Below, piece after piece: positions 7,184 through 14,925 of a stretch of DNA of 27,881 nucleotides (its first letter is position 1; every line of letters begins with the position of its first letter). A program made the position numbers and the translations under genes. This stretch comes from a virus (lineage: Duplodnaviria > Caudoviricetes): positions 1 through 27,881 of the IMG/VR virus record IMGVR_UViG_3300032272_000054; one strand, 5' to 3'. The notes beneath the pieces are model-generated. The model ran no database searches. It had not been told where the DNA came from and was given only the letters and a program-made list of their open reading frames with translations.

Positions 7184-7575
7184 GTGATCAACCCTCCACT
7201 AACGCCCAGTTTCTGGTCCAACTCCACACCAGTTGTTCGGAGAGCCAACTGGGTACCATTTTCGAAGACCAGGATGTAAACTCCAAGTTCTGGATTCAGT
7301 TTGAATAGAACATGGTTAGGGTTGAACCACGCAGTCACACCTTCTGCTGCTTCACAAGAAACCAATCCAACGTCTTCGAACATTGAGTCAGTGGCATTCA
7401 AGGCATTTATCTCAGCCTGAGGTGTCACAATCTTTGTGTGCTGCTGGAGAGGCAACTTCATTGCGAAGTAAATTAAATCAGCATTCACATTAATATCTCT
7501 GTGAACTACCTTTTTCTCTTGCGGATTATCGGGGTTAGGTTCAGGTGACAAGACTGTTAAGTCTAAGAGTTTCAT
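7180..7575 (-). CDS. Hypothetical protein with two FlbD-like half repeats
   Basis: INVNADLI...TKIV and AWFNPNHV...ILVFENG segments. Confidence 0.65.
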   Translation of the reverse strand: MKLLDLTVLSPEPNPDNPQEKKVVHRDINVNADLIYFAMKLPLQQHTKIVTPQAEINALNATDSMFEDVGLVSCEAAEGVTAWFNPNHVLFKLNPELGVYILVFENGTQLALRTTGVELDQKLGVSGGLIT

Positions 7576-7673
7576 CGGTATGTTCCTGGGTTAGTAGACA
7601 GAATATAGAAGACCATACCACAAAGAACTCCGAGTACGGCATCAGTTACTGGGTCAAAAATCGTCAACGGCAT
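7572..7673 (-). CDS. Small membrane peptide, 33 aa (MPLTIFDPVTDAVLGVLCGMVFYILSTNPGTYR)
   Basis: AAGGA RBS; ATGA coupling; follows a promoter. Confidence 0.55.
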   Translation of the reverse strand: MPLTIFDPVTDAVLGVLCGMVFYILSTNPGTYR

Positions 7674-7710
7674 GTTTTGTTCCTTTGAGTTAGTTATGTC
7701 TTACACTTAA

Positions 7711-7738
7711 ATACTACCATACTCTGAGGCTTTGTCAA
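7711..7738 (-). promoter_or_regulatory. Sigma70-like promoter TTGACA-N16-TAGTAT
   Basis: Plus-strand TGTCAA 7733-7738, ATACTA 7711-7716; intergenic. Confidence 0.7.
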
Positions 7739-7753
7739 ACAAAAACCGTAATT

Positions 7754-7975
7754 TTATTCTGGATCTGCGTGTTCGTCATGGCGATAGAATCTCTCTAAAC
7801 CCTTCTTGGCATCAGTGGCGTCCGCCTTGTAGTCGTAGGGACCGACCCACATTCCGCCGTTCGGATCATCAATGTAGTAGCCCTCGCCCTCTTCGATGCC
7901 TAATTCTTCACACTTTTCCTTGGTGAGGGCGTGGATTTCCATCTTTTTTATGCGTTTTCCGCGTTTTTTAGCCAT
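7754..7975 (-). CDS. Hypothetical protein (GPY-x-x-K-x-D-A motif)
   Basis: ORF track, trimmed start. Confidence 0.65.
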   Translation of the reverse strand: MAKKRGKRIKKMEIHALTKEKCEELGIEEGEGYYIDDPNGGMWVGPYDYKADATDAKKGLERFYRHDEHADPE

Positions 7976-8375
7976 TTTTGGACCCAAATTCACGTAAGCA
8001 ACCATAAATGATGCTCAAAATCGTCATCAGTTGTGATTTTGCATCCCCTACCGACCCCCTACTCAAGGCTTCTTCTGTTCGTCGTACTGCCAAGTCAAGG
8101 AGCAGATAGAATTTCCCTTGATCATTAACAGGTGCATATGAGGCGACCCCATACTGAAAACCTGTTGCTTGGAAATGTCCCTCCACTGTCGCAGCACATC
8201 GGATCAAGAGTTTGTTCCCATGCTCAGGACCAGCGGTAATATAGGCATTAATCGCTTGGTTAGTGAGCACACGTAACGCCAAAACAGTGTTACTGAGCCC
8301 TGTATGGATGCTGTCTAGGTCCTTGAGGACCTCGATTTCTTGTTTCACTAATTCATGCACGGATATGACTCCCAT
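7968..8375 (-). CDS. Hypothetical helical protein
   Basis: ORF track. Confidence 0.7.
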   Translation of the reverse strand: MGVISVHELVKQEIEVLKDLDSIHTGLSNTVLALRVLTNQAINAYITAGPEHGNKLLIRCAATVEGHFQATGFQYGVASYAPVNDQGKFYLLLDLAVRRTEEALSRGSVGDAKSQLMTILSIIYGCLREFGSKNG

Positions 8376-8586
8376 TTGATCGAAATTTGAATTTCACAAC
8401 ATCAATGAGGTTGTCACCCATCAGGATCACATCTTCACCGTCACTATGAATATAGACTAAAACTGTGTTCTTGTCAAGCGCCAACATCGCTTTTTCATAA
8501 TGTTCTGGTGTTACGTACACGGCACTGAGTCCGAGTTTAACGAACATATCGACTGTATCTTGACATGGCATTCTAATTGGAAACAT
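8353..8586 (-). CDS. Hypothetical protein, 77 aa
   Basis: Start moved to ATG 8586 behind GGGGAG; the track's extension overlaps the deaminase. Confidence 0.6.
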   Translation of the reverse strand: MFPIRMPCQDTVDMFVKLGLSAVYVTPEHYEKAMLALDKNTVLVYIHSDGEDVILMGDNLIDVVKFKFRSNGSHIRA

Positions 8587-9103
8587 ACTCAGTACTCCCT
8601 GGGGACCAAAGTTTACCGGAAACAAGGATAGGTTTTGTGCCTGTGATGGCACCATCAAGTTCGTAGAGAAAGACACCTGCCTCACCCATCCACGATAATG
8701 CTGCATTGACTTGATCGATCCAACGACTGTCAGTGAGCATGTAACGTTGTCTGTGATAAATGAGGGCTTTGATACCACTACCAATGATAGCACGCGCACA
8801 TTCGCAGCACGCCGCCCAGGGGCAGACCATAATTGCACCCTCTAACTCAACACCACGATTGGCGGCGTAGTAAATCGCATCACGCTCGGCGTGTTCGATT
8901 CGTCTGAGTTTGGCTACACGGTCATCTTGGTCATCTGGAATACCCTTATAAAAGTGGTTGTATCCTTTAGCTACTACATCGAGTTGACCGTTTGGTTGAC
9001 GTTTGACGATAATGGCACCGTTTTGACTAGATAAGTCTGGTGACTGTGAGGCGTGACTGTACGCCTTAGACATCAGATTTTGCAGCATGTTGTGATCGAA
9101 CAT
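8573..9103 (-). CDS. dCMP deaminase-like zinc-dependent deaminase
   Basis: SPD...GAII...GYN, HAERDAI and CPWAACCECARAIIGSGI motifs. Confidence 0.9.
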   Translation of the reverse strand: MFDHNMLQNLMSKAYSHASQSPDLSSQNGAIIVKRQPNGQLDVVAKGYNHFYKGIPDDQDDRVAKLRRIEHAERDAIYYAANRGVELEGAIMVCPWAACCECARAIIGSGIKALIYHRQRYMLTDSRWIDQVNAALSWMGEAGVFLYELDGAITGTKPILVSGKLWSPGSTEYVSN

Positions 9104-9389
9104 GGTGTATTAGTCTCCTGTTTTCTTTGACAGTTAGTTTGTTACAGTACGGCGAGTTGTAGAGTTTAAGGAACTCTTCCCGAGGGCTTGGTGATAATTG
9201 ATACCACTCATCATAAAGAATCGCCCTTTCAGTGTCGACTTTCAGGGTAATTTCTCGCCAGATGAGCGACACTGAGAAATGAAAACCATACTTGTTGATG
9301 GTAAAACCCTTGATGCCAAGCTGTAAGTTATTTCGCTTCTTGACAATAAATAGCCGTACACGACTACCCAGTTGATATTTTCTAATCAT
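9066..9389 (-). CDS. Hypothetical basic protein
   Basis: ORF track, trimmed start. Confidence 0.6.
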   Translation of the reverse strand: MIRKYQLGSRVRLFIVKKRNNLQLGIKGFTINKYGFHFSVSLIWREITLKVDTERAILYDEWYQLSPSPREEFLKLYNSPYCNKLTVKENRRLIHHVRSQHAAKSDV

Positions 9390-9759
9390 CTTGGTTTCCG
9401 TGAATCCATTGGTGATCGAAGTTGTCACAAGCCTCTGCCGGGGTATCTCCGTATGCGAAAATAGAAATCCCGTCTACTTCTTCGTCCATTTCCATAAAAT
9501 GTAGGCGACAAATGAACTTACTGTCTTGAGGAGACCAATATACGTCCGTGGGATACAATTTGTGTGGTCGCATACCCTCGCGACTCATAGCTAGGTAACT
9601 TTGAGAGATTTTTGTATTGTTAGTTGCCTGTTCTAATAACAAAGCGTTCATTGCGTCTCTGTGCGATTTCTCAGCGTCGTGGTTATTCAACCCCTGTACA
9701 GCGGTGTTGTACAGAAGTAATTTTTCCAGTTCTTCCTTAGAATAATCATTGTATTCCAT
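9382..9759 (-). CDS. Hypothetical protein with a C-terminal HicB-like AYGDTPAEA motif
   Basis: GAGAGGG RBS; ORF track. Confidence 0.7.
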   Translation of the reverse strand: MEYNDYSKEELEKLLLYNTAVQGLNNHDAEKSHRDAMNALLLEQATNNTKISQSYLAMSREGMRPHKLYPTDVYWSPQDSKFICRLHFMEMDEEVDGISIFAYGDTPAEACDNFDHQWIHGNQDD

Positions 9760-10225
9760 AGTGAACCCTCTCAATTAATTGGTTGTTTTCCAAAATAATT
9801 TCAGTGTCGGTGATTGAAACTTTGCTAATAGGTCCACTCGCGACTCGGTATGTGATAGACCAGGGATCGTTGTGCCCTCTCGGAGATACTGGTAAATCAA
9901 TATTACCTTGTAGAGTAGACCCAGGTGTCAGAAACGGATACAAGAGCTTCAGAGGCACTGTGTCGCCTTCAAAAGGAGTTAGGGACATCGTAGGCCAAAC
10001 ACCCATTTGAAGCTCGTAGACGCCGGATTTGAGCCTCTGAACGTCTATCTCCCTCCTCCCGTTGATCATCCTTTCCTCTTTTTCCTCTAGAAAAGTCCCT
10101 GTTTCGACTAAAATCTTAGTCCCCTCCGGTAATTGGTGGAGTGGGATGTACTTCAAAGAGCCATTTTCCTTGGGCACTCTCCGCAATGACCACTTGATTT
10201 GGTCCCTCAAATAACTGTTTTTCAT
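9746..10225 (-). CDS. Hypothetical protein
   Basis: AAGGA RBS; first gene after a promoter. Confidence 0.75.
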   Translation of the reverse strand: MKNSYLRDQIKWSLRRVPKENGSLKYIPLHQLPEGTKILVETGTFLEEKEERMINGRREIDVQRLKSGVYELQMGVWPTMSLTPFEGDTVPLKLLYPFLTPGSTLQGNIDLPVSPRGHNDPWSITYRVASGPISKVSITDTEIILENNQLIERVHYGIQ

Positions 10226-10259
10226 ATGTTTTCCTTGAAAAGAGTTCTTGCTTTACCCA

Positions 10260-10287
10260 AGTATACCCGATTATATCGATTTGTCAA
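10260..10287 (-). promoter_or_regulatory. Sigma70-like promoter TTGACA-N16-TATACT heading the leftward block
   Basis: Plus-strand TGTCAA 10282-10287, AGTATA 10260-10265. Confidence 0.8.
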
Positions 10288-10410
10288 GTTATTTTAGCTA
10301 TTTTGAAGAATATTTTCCACGACGCGGCTGCAAAACACCCCTTTTTCGCGTTAAGTGTAAATAGAGAGGTTGTTGCATTATAAGGACTTCAAAAAGATTG
10401 GAATAGCGTT

Positions 10411-10500
10411 ATGCCGCGAGACGATTGGGACAACCCCCAGAGACTCCGTGCGGCGGCAGAGTATCTAGAAAACGCCATAGATTGGCGGGAGAACCAATAA
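10411..10500 (+). pseudogene. 29-aa mini-ORF resembling the C-terminal helix of endonuclease VII-family proteins (DNPQRLRAAAEYLE)
   Basis: Hand-translated MPRDDWDNPQRLRAAAEYLENAIDWRENQ; in-frame stop at 10381-10383; no catalytic HNH core. Confidence 0.45.
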
Positions 10501-10501
10501 C

Positions 10502-11050
10502 ATGAGTGAGAAGTGTCAACCTGATGATCCTCGCCGGTGCCAGGGCGTTACTCCTAACGGGCAATGTCAGTATATCAGTGTAGAGGGCTCAAACAGGTGC
10601 AATTTTCATTCTGGACCCTCTAAAGGAACATTCCAACAGAAACGAGTCGAGCGTTATCTGATTGATAACGAGCATCTCAAAGAATCATATACTCGCCATA
10701 ACGACGACAAAGGCTATCTGGACTTAAGAGATGACATCGCTCTCGTTCATGCAATGATTGAACGGCGTATGAATCTCATTAAGACAGATGCCGATCTTTC
10801 AATGGCGGTGGGACCCTTTAATGTGTTGGTCTCACGGCTAGAGTCAATGAAAATCTCATTGATGAAACTCCAACAACAACTTGGTCTAGTCATTGGTAAA
10901 GATGAACTGAGGCACCTAGCCTCAAGTATTGCCACGATCTTGGACGAAGAGTTGGAAGGAATGGAGAACAAGGAGGCAAAATTAGATACGATCCTGGAAA
11001 GGATCTTCATTGCAGTCGAAGACGCAGGTACAAAAAAGGACCAAGACTAA
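10502..11050 (+). CDS. Probable terminase small subunit (N-terminal C-C-C-H Zn finger, HGGxSTG-like)
   Basis: RCQG...QCQ...RCNFHSG followed by a helical domain; first gene of the late block. Confidence 0.55.
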   Translation: MSEKCQPDDPRRCQGVTPNGQCQYISVEGSNRCNFHSGPSKGTFQQKRVERYLIDNEHLKESYTRHNDDKGYLDLRDDIALVHAMIERRMNLIKTDADLSMAVGPFNVLVSRLESMKISLMKLQQQLGLVIGKDELRHLASSIATILDEELEGMENKEAKLDTILERIFIAVEDAGTKKDQD

Positions 11051-11526
11051 TGGTTAGCAAATTTGTCAAAGACATTAATAAGGTCCTTTGTGAAAAGTGT
11101 CCTTATGATCTGTTGGCTGAAGACGTTGTCGAAGAAGTGGAAGAAGTGGAAGAAGTGGAAGAAGTGGAAGAAGTGGAAGAAGTGGAAGCTGTCGAAGAAG
11201 TGGAAGCTGTCGAAGAAGTGGAAGCTGTCGAAGAAGTGGAAGCTGTCGAAGAAGTGGAAGCTGTCGAAGAAGTGGAAGCTGTCGAAGAAGTGGCAGATCC
11301 TGAAAACAAATCAAATGAGGTGAACAAAATGGGTAAAGGTCTTTTACGTTCAAAGACTGTCTGGGTTAACTTACTTACCGCAGCGGTTAGCATTGCTACC
11401 TACATTTCTGGTAGCGAGTTGGTAGCCAACAACCCTGAAGTAGTTGCTGGTATCGGTATGGGTATCGGTTTTGTCAATGTTATCCTCCGATTGCTTACTA
11501 AAGAGCCCATCAAGGGCGTTAAATAA
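11050..11526 (+). CDS. Holin-like 2-TM membrane protein with an acidic repeat N-terminal extension; internal start at 11329
   Basis: RSKTVWVN...TM1...TM2-NVILRLLTKEPI is a common phage holin-like pattern; GAGGTG RBS before ATG 11329. Confidence 0.65.
   Translation: MVSKFVKDINKVLCEKCPYDLLAEDVVEEVEEVEEVEEVEEVEEVEAVEEVEAVEEVEAVEEVEAVEEVEAVEEVEAVEEVADPENKSNEVNKMGKGLLRSKTVWVNLLTAAVSIATYISGSELVANNPEVVAGIGMGIGFVNVILRLLTKEPIKGVK
11131..11293 (+). repeat. Compound VNTR: GAAGAAGTG x6, then GTCGAAGAAGTGGAAGCT x5 plus a partial copy
   Basis: Read directly; perfect units encoding EEV and VEEVEA. Confidence 0.95.
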
Positions 11527-11536
11527 GTCAAGTCTG

Positions 11537-11575
11537 GGGACCGAGGGTGAGGAAGTTGTAAGCCCCCTCGGTCCC
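11537..11575 (+). promoter_or_regulatory. 11-bp GC-rich stem-loop after the holin-like gene (no U tract)
   Basis: GGGACCGAGGG...CCCTCGGTCCC. Confidence 0.5.
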
Positions 11576-11657
11576 TGACGGTTGTACATTTTTGGGCTGG
11601 CGCGCGGCGATGCGAAGTCCCCTCCCGCGCCTCTACGAGGAAATTTGGGAGAAGAAG

Positions 11658-12389
11658 ATGAAATCATTTATAATCGCACTGGCTGTTTGCTCTCTATGGG
11701 TATCAAACCCGAGTTCGGCTCACACTGCAATCCTTGCCGGGCAAGAGTCAACAGCTAAGGTATTCACACAAGACCCAGTAGAGGAAGTAGCTGAATTGGT
11801 CGTAGAAGGACCGACAAAAGCTAAAGTGGGTGATCTAGTTGTTATCTCTGTTGAGAAGTCACGCGCATCGTCCTTCAAATGGATTATGTTACCCTCAACT
11901 AGCAACTTCCTTGTGATCGACGGCGGAAAGCGCGTAGTGTTTAGCAGTGGAGTGGGTGGAGAGTTTCGTTTTATAGTTGCTTGCAGTCTCGGTGATACTT
12001 GTGATGTCGCAGTACACACCGTAACCGTAATCGGAAGTGCTCCTGGTCCCGTTGATAATCTGGCGTCGAAAGTAAGCCTTTGGTGCGATTCTGTTGAATC
12101 AGACACTAAGCGAGATGATTGCTTAGGTCTAGCACAATCTTTTTCAAGTGTAGCGTTGGTGATGGAGGGCGGAAGCCTCACCACACCTGAAGAAATTGTA
12201 CGAGCTACCATCAAATCAAATCAAGATGCACTGGGAGATAAGTTGGAAAACTGGTTACCATTTAGAAGCAGTCTCTCTAAGGAACTTAGTGCGATGGCTG
12301 GAGCCGGAAAACTGACCGATACCCAGTCACACATTAAGGTGTGGAAAGCTATCGCAGCAGGTCTGCGACAATACGCTGCCACACTATAA
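11658..12389 (+). CDS. Secreted protein: Sec signal, Ig/PKD-like beta domain and helical domain
   Basis: MKSFIIALAVCSLWVSNPSSA signal; VEGPTKAKVGDLVVIS...FKW...GEFRFIV; GGGAG RBS. Confidence 0.75.
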   Translation: MKSFIIALAVCSLWVSNPSSAHTAILAGQESTAKVFTQDPVEEVAELVVEGPTKAKVGDLVVISVEKSRASSFKWIMLPSTSNFLVIDGGKRVVFSSGVGGEFRFIVACSLGDTCDVAVHTVTVIGSAPGPVDNLASKVSLWCDSVESDTKRDDCLGLAQSFSSVALVMEGGSLTTPEEIVRATIKSNQDALGDKLENWLPFRSSLSKELSAMAGAGKLTDTQSHIKVWKAIAAGLRQYAATL

Positions 12390-12403
12390 CCTTGAGGTGC
12401 TAA

Positions 12404-13420
12404 ATGGACAGACGAGATTTTATTAAGATAGGGTTAGGTGGTGTCACGGGAGCAATGGTTCCCTCTTTATTATCTCTCTGTTCATCAAAAACAAAAGTCT
12501 ATGGGGGTTGGACACCGGACTCCCAGGCAACGAGTAATTTTATCCATCGTACTGCTCGCCCATTTCTGGTACAGCAGACCCCGAGGACCTTTACAGGTAG
12601 TGGAAAAGGTCGGGTTGTCTTGCTGCACAAGTATTTGGAAAAAGCACTTGGAGAAATCATCCCACACCACCAGTTAATCGGAGATTGTGTTGGGCAGGCT
12701 TATGGGTTTGCCATTGACACACTCTCTGCAACCCAAATATACGGGTTGGGGTTAGCTGAACGGTGGAATGCCAAAGCTAGTACAGAAGCTGCATATGCAG
12801 GATCACGATATGAGATCGGCTACCAGCTTCATGGTAACGCACGTTTACTAGCCTTCGATGGGAGTCACGGGAGTTATTGTGCAGAGTTCCTACGTGACTA
12901 CGGCGTGCTAGTGAGAAAACGGTATGGGAACATAGATCTCACTACGTACAGTGCGAAAATCGCACGAGACTGGGGAAAGAATGGTGTTCCTGATCAGCTA
13001 GAACCCCTAGCAAAACAACATCCTATCCGTTCATTCGCCCTAGTCCGCTCTTATGAAGAAGTACGAGACGCAATTGCAAATGGATACCCTGTAGTATTCT
13101 GTTCCGATGTTGGTTTCAATCCTGAATGTCAGGAGCATAACCCCGGTGGACGAGACTCGATGGGTTTCTTAAACCGCTGTTCCACGTGGTATCATGCGAT
13201 GGCGGCTGTAGCTGTTGATGATACAAATAGACCTGGGGTTCTGATTGTGAACTCCTGGGGACCAGACTGGGTCAAAGGACCTAAGAGACACGGACAACCC
13301 GAAGGAAGCTTCTGGGTGGATGCGTCCACGATTGATGACATGGCAAGCCAAGGTGATTCTTTTGCCATCAGTGGATTTACTGGTTTCCCTTCAAAGAAAT
13401 TACAATATGACTTGTTTTAA
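12404..13420 (+). CDS. Papain-like (C1) cysteine peptidase with a twin-arginine signal peptide
   Basis: MDRRDFIK Tat motif; Q-x-x-GDCVG (oxyanion Gln, catalytic Cys), WYHAMAAVA (His), IVNSWGPDW (Asn), GSFWV. Confidence 0.9.
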   Translation: MDRRDFIKIGLGGVTGAMVPSLLSLCSSKTKVYGGWTPDSQATSNFIHRTARPFLVQQTPRTFTGSGKGRVVLLHKYLEKALGEIIPHHQLIGDCVGQAYGFAIDTLSATQIYGLGLAERWNAKASTEAAYAGSRYEIGYQLHGNARLLAFDGSHGSYCAEFLRDYGVLVRKRYGNIDLTTYSAKIARDWGKNGVPDQLEPLAKQHPIRSFALVRSYEEVRDAIANGYPVVFCSDVGFNPECQEHNPGGRDSMGFLNRCSTWYHAMAAVAVDDTNRPGVLIVNSWGPDWVKGPKRHGQPEGSFWVDASTIDDMASQGDSFAISGFTGFPSKKLQYDLF

Positions 13421-13430
13421 GGAGCGCCGA

Positions 13431-14102
13431 ATGCGCGGACTAAATCATGCGATGGTTACTGCTCTTCAGATCTTTTGTCTCTTGGCAGCGTCGGTTACTT
13501 TTGGACTTGATGAACCAACGACATATCGACTGGACGTTACGGTTGACGGGCCTGTTGACAATCATAAACAAAGCATTAACGCTGGGTGGGTACCCAACGT
13601 TGAAGCAAATGAAGGAGAATCAAGTCCAGTCAGACTTGACGAAGAAACCTCTTTCCAAAAGTCCTTACGAAAACTTTACAACGGAACGCTTACCGGATCA
13701 ATTTGGACGACCACACGAGGTAAAGTCTATCGACAAGAAGAAGTAGACTTCACCCCCGAGCTAATCAAGAAAGCCGGGTTCGAAGACAAGAACTACTTGG
13801 TAATGATCTCAGCGTCATGGTGTGGACCGTGTAAGAGATCTTATCCGTTGATGAAGAAACTTCGAAAAGAAGGTTACATCATCTATATCTTCGATACAAC
13901 TAAGAGTGACTTCCGGGACTATGCTGCCCTTTACAAAGTGCGAGCATACCCCACGTTTATTGTCTACGACAATAAGAAAGAAGTTAAACGATCAGTTGGA
14001 ATGACCAGCGAGAAGTGGTTCAAGGAGAATCTCAAGACTCTTAAAGAGCAGAATGAGAAACCCTCTCCAACCCCAGATAAAGACCCTTATGATGGGATTT
14101 AA
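13431..14102 (+). CDS. Exported thioredoxin-fold protein (WCGPC)
   Basis: Hydrophobic signal ending ASVTFG; SASWCGPCK; cis-Pro loop VRAYPTFIV; AAGGAG RBS. Confidence 0.88.
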   Translation: MRGLNHAMVTALQIFCLLAASVTFGLDEPTTYRLDVTVDGPVDNHKQSINAGWVPNVEANEGESSPVRLDEETSFQKSLRKLYNGTLTGSIWTTTRGKVYRQEEVDFTPELIKKAGFEDKNYLVMISASWCGPCKRSYPLMKKLRKEGYIIYIFDTTKSDFRDYAALYKVRAYPTFIVYDNKKEVKRSVGMTSEKWFKENLKTLKEQNEKPSPTPDKDPYDGI

Positions 14103-14104
14103 TC

Positions 14105-14437
14105 ATGCCTAACACATACAAAGATCTAAAGCGGGCTCTTGCTCAAGTCTCTCAACGAGTCGCACAAGAGAAACTTTACAAAAAGAACCCCGAACTGGAT
14201 AAAGCGAACAAAGCGGCTGGGAAAATGTTCAACGATCCCAATCCCGTGTACCGTGATATCTACAACAACGGAGTTCGCCGGAATGTCACTGGGATATCCT
14301 TGTGGCGAACAAACTTGCTCCTGAAGCGTAAAGGCATTAATTGGCCTCTCGTGGATTGGGAAGCATTACTGGAGTGGTTGTACAATAACTGGGACAAAGT
14401 CCTACGTGTCCTCCTCTCTTTACTCATCCTTATCTAA
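14105..14437 (+). CDS. Basic protein with a C-terminal amphipathic/hydrophobic helix
   Basis: VDWEALLEWLYNNWDKVLRVLLSLLILI C-terminus. Confidence 0.75.
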   Translation: MPNTYKDLKRALAQVSQRVAQEKLYKKNPELDKANKAAGKMFNDPNPVYRDIYNNGVRRNVTGISLWRTNLLLKRKGINWPLVDWEALLEWLYNNWDKVLRVLLSLLILI

Positions 14438-14460
14438 ACAAAACAAAACGGAGATACCAA

Positions 14461-14640
14461 ATGGCAGATCAATCCCCCGAATTCGCTCAACCAAATGCAG
14501 AAGGAATGAGTGCCGGTTCTGCTCCTGATATGGGCAAACCCGGTTTCCAAGAACCAAAGGAATCTGGACCCAAACCAAACACCACAAACATGGGTGCCCC
14601 TGGTTCGGATGGCAAAGCTGGTCCTAGCTTCATGCGGTAA
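14461..14640 (+). CDS. Pro/Gly-rich disordered peptide, 59 aa (MADQSPEFAQPNAEGMSAGSAPDMGKPG...)
   Basis: Hand-translated; GGAGA RBS; fills the gap in the operon. Confidence 0.65.
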   Translation: MADQSPEFAQPNAEGMSAGSAPDMGKPGFQEPKESGPKPNTTNMGAPGSDGKAGPSFMR

Positions 14641-14645
14641 CAGTG

Positions 14646-14924
14646 ATGGTTAGAAAAGATCCACTTAATGATAGAGGTCCCGCCCCACCGGGCGGTCGAC
14701 CCTCTGTCAAAACAGAGCGACCACAACCTACCACATTGTTTGAATTACGTCCAGAGGTAGAATATCTTCGGCTCTGGAATTCTGTCATTGTGGCAACAAA
14801 AGAAGACATTTCAAAGATAGAACTGTACGCGGCTTTAGGTATGCCTGGGTTAGAAATCTCTTTCCTAGAGGACTTGAGAGACCGCATTGACCAAGTCATT
14901 GAGAAAGAAAGAGGCGCGATCTAA
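14646..14924 (+). CDS. Hypothetical protein
   Basis: ORF track; tight packing. Confidence 0.7.
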   Translation: MVRKDPLNDRGPAPPGGRPSVKTERPQPTTLFELRPEVEYLRLWNSVIVATKEDISKIELYAALGMPGLEISFLEDLRDRIDQVIEKERGAI

Positions 14925-14925
14925 T

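Noticed and set aside
2492-10010. Plus-strand ORFs within the leftward block (e.g. 3115-3654, 6794-7279)
   Set aside because: Antisense to coupled, RBS-led, motif-bearing minus-strand genes.
10350-10380. T4-like late promoter (GTAAATA)
   Set aside because: Other TAAATA matches coincide with stop codons; no consistent upstream motif was found.
11063-11393. Alternative-frame ORFs (KKW, LPLLRQ and STAS repeats)
   Set aside because: Shadows of the VNTR; only the frame joined to the holin-like domain has proper start signals.
12404-13420. C1 protease as the prohead maturation protease
   Set aside because: The Tat signal predicts export from the cytoplasm where heads assemble; not excluded, but disfavoured.
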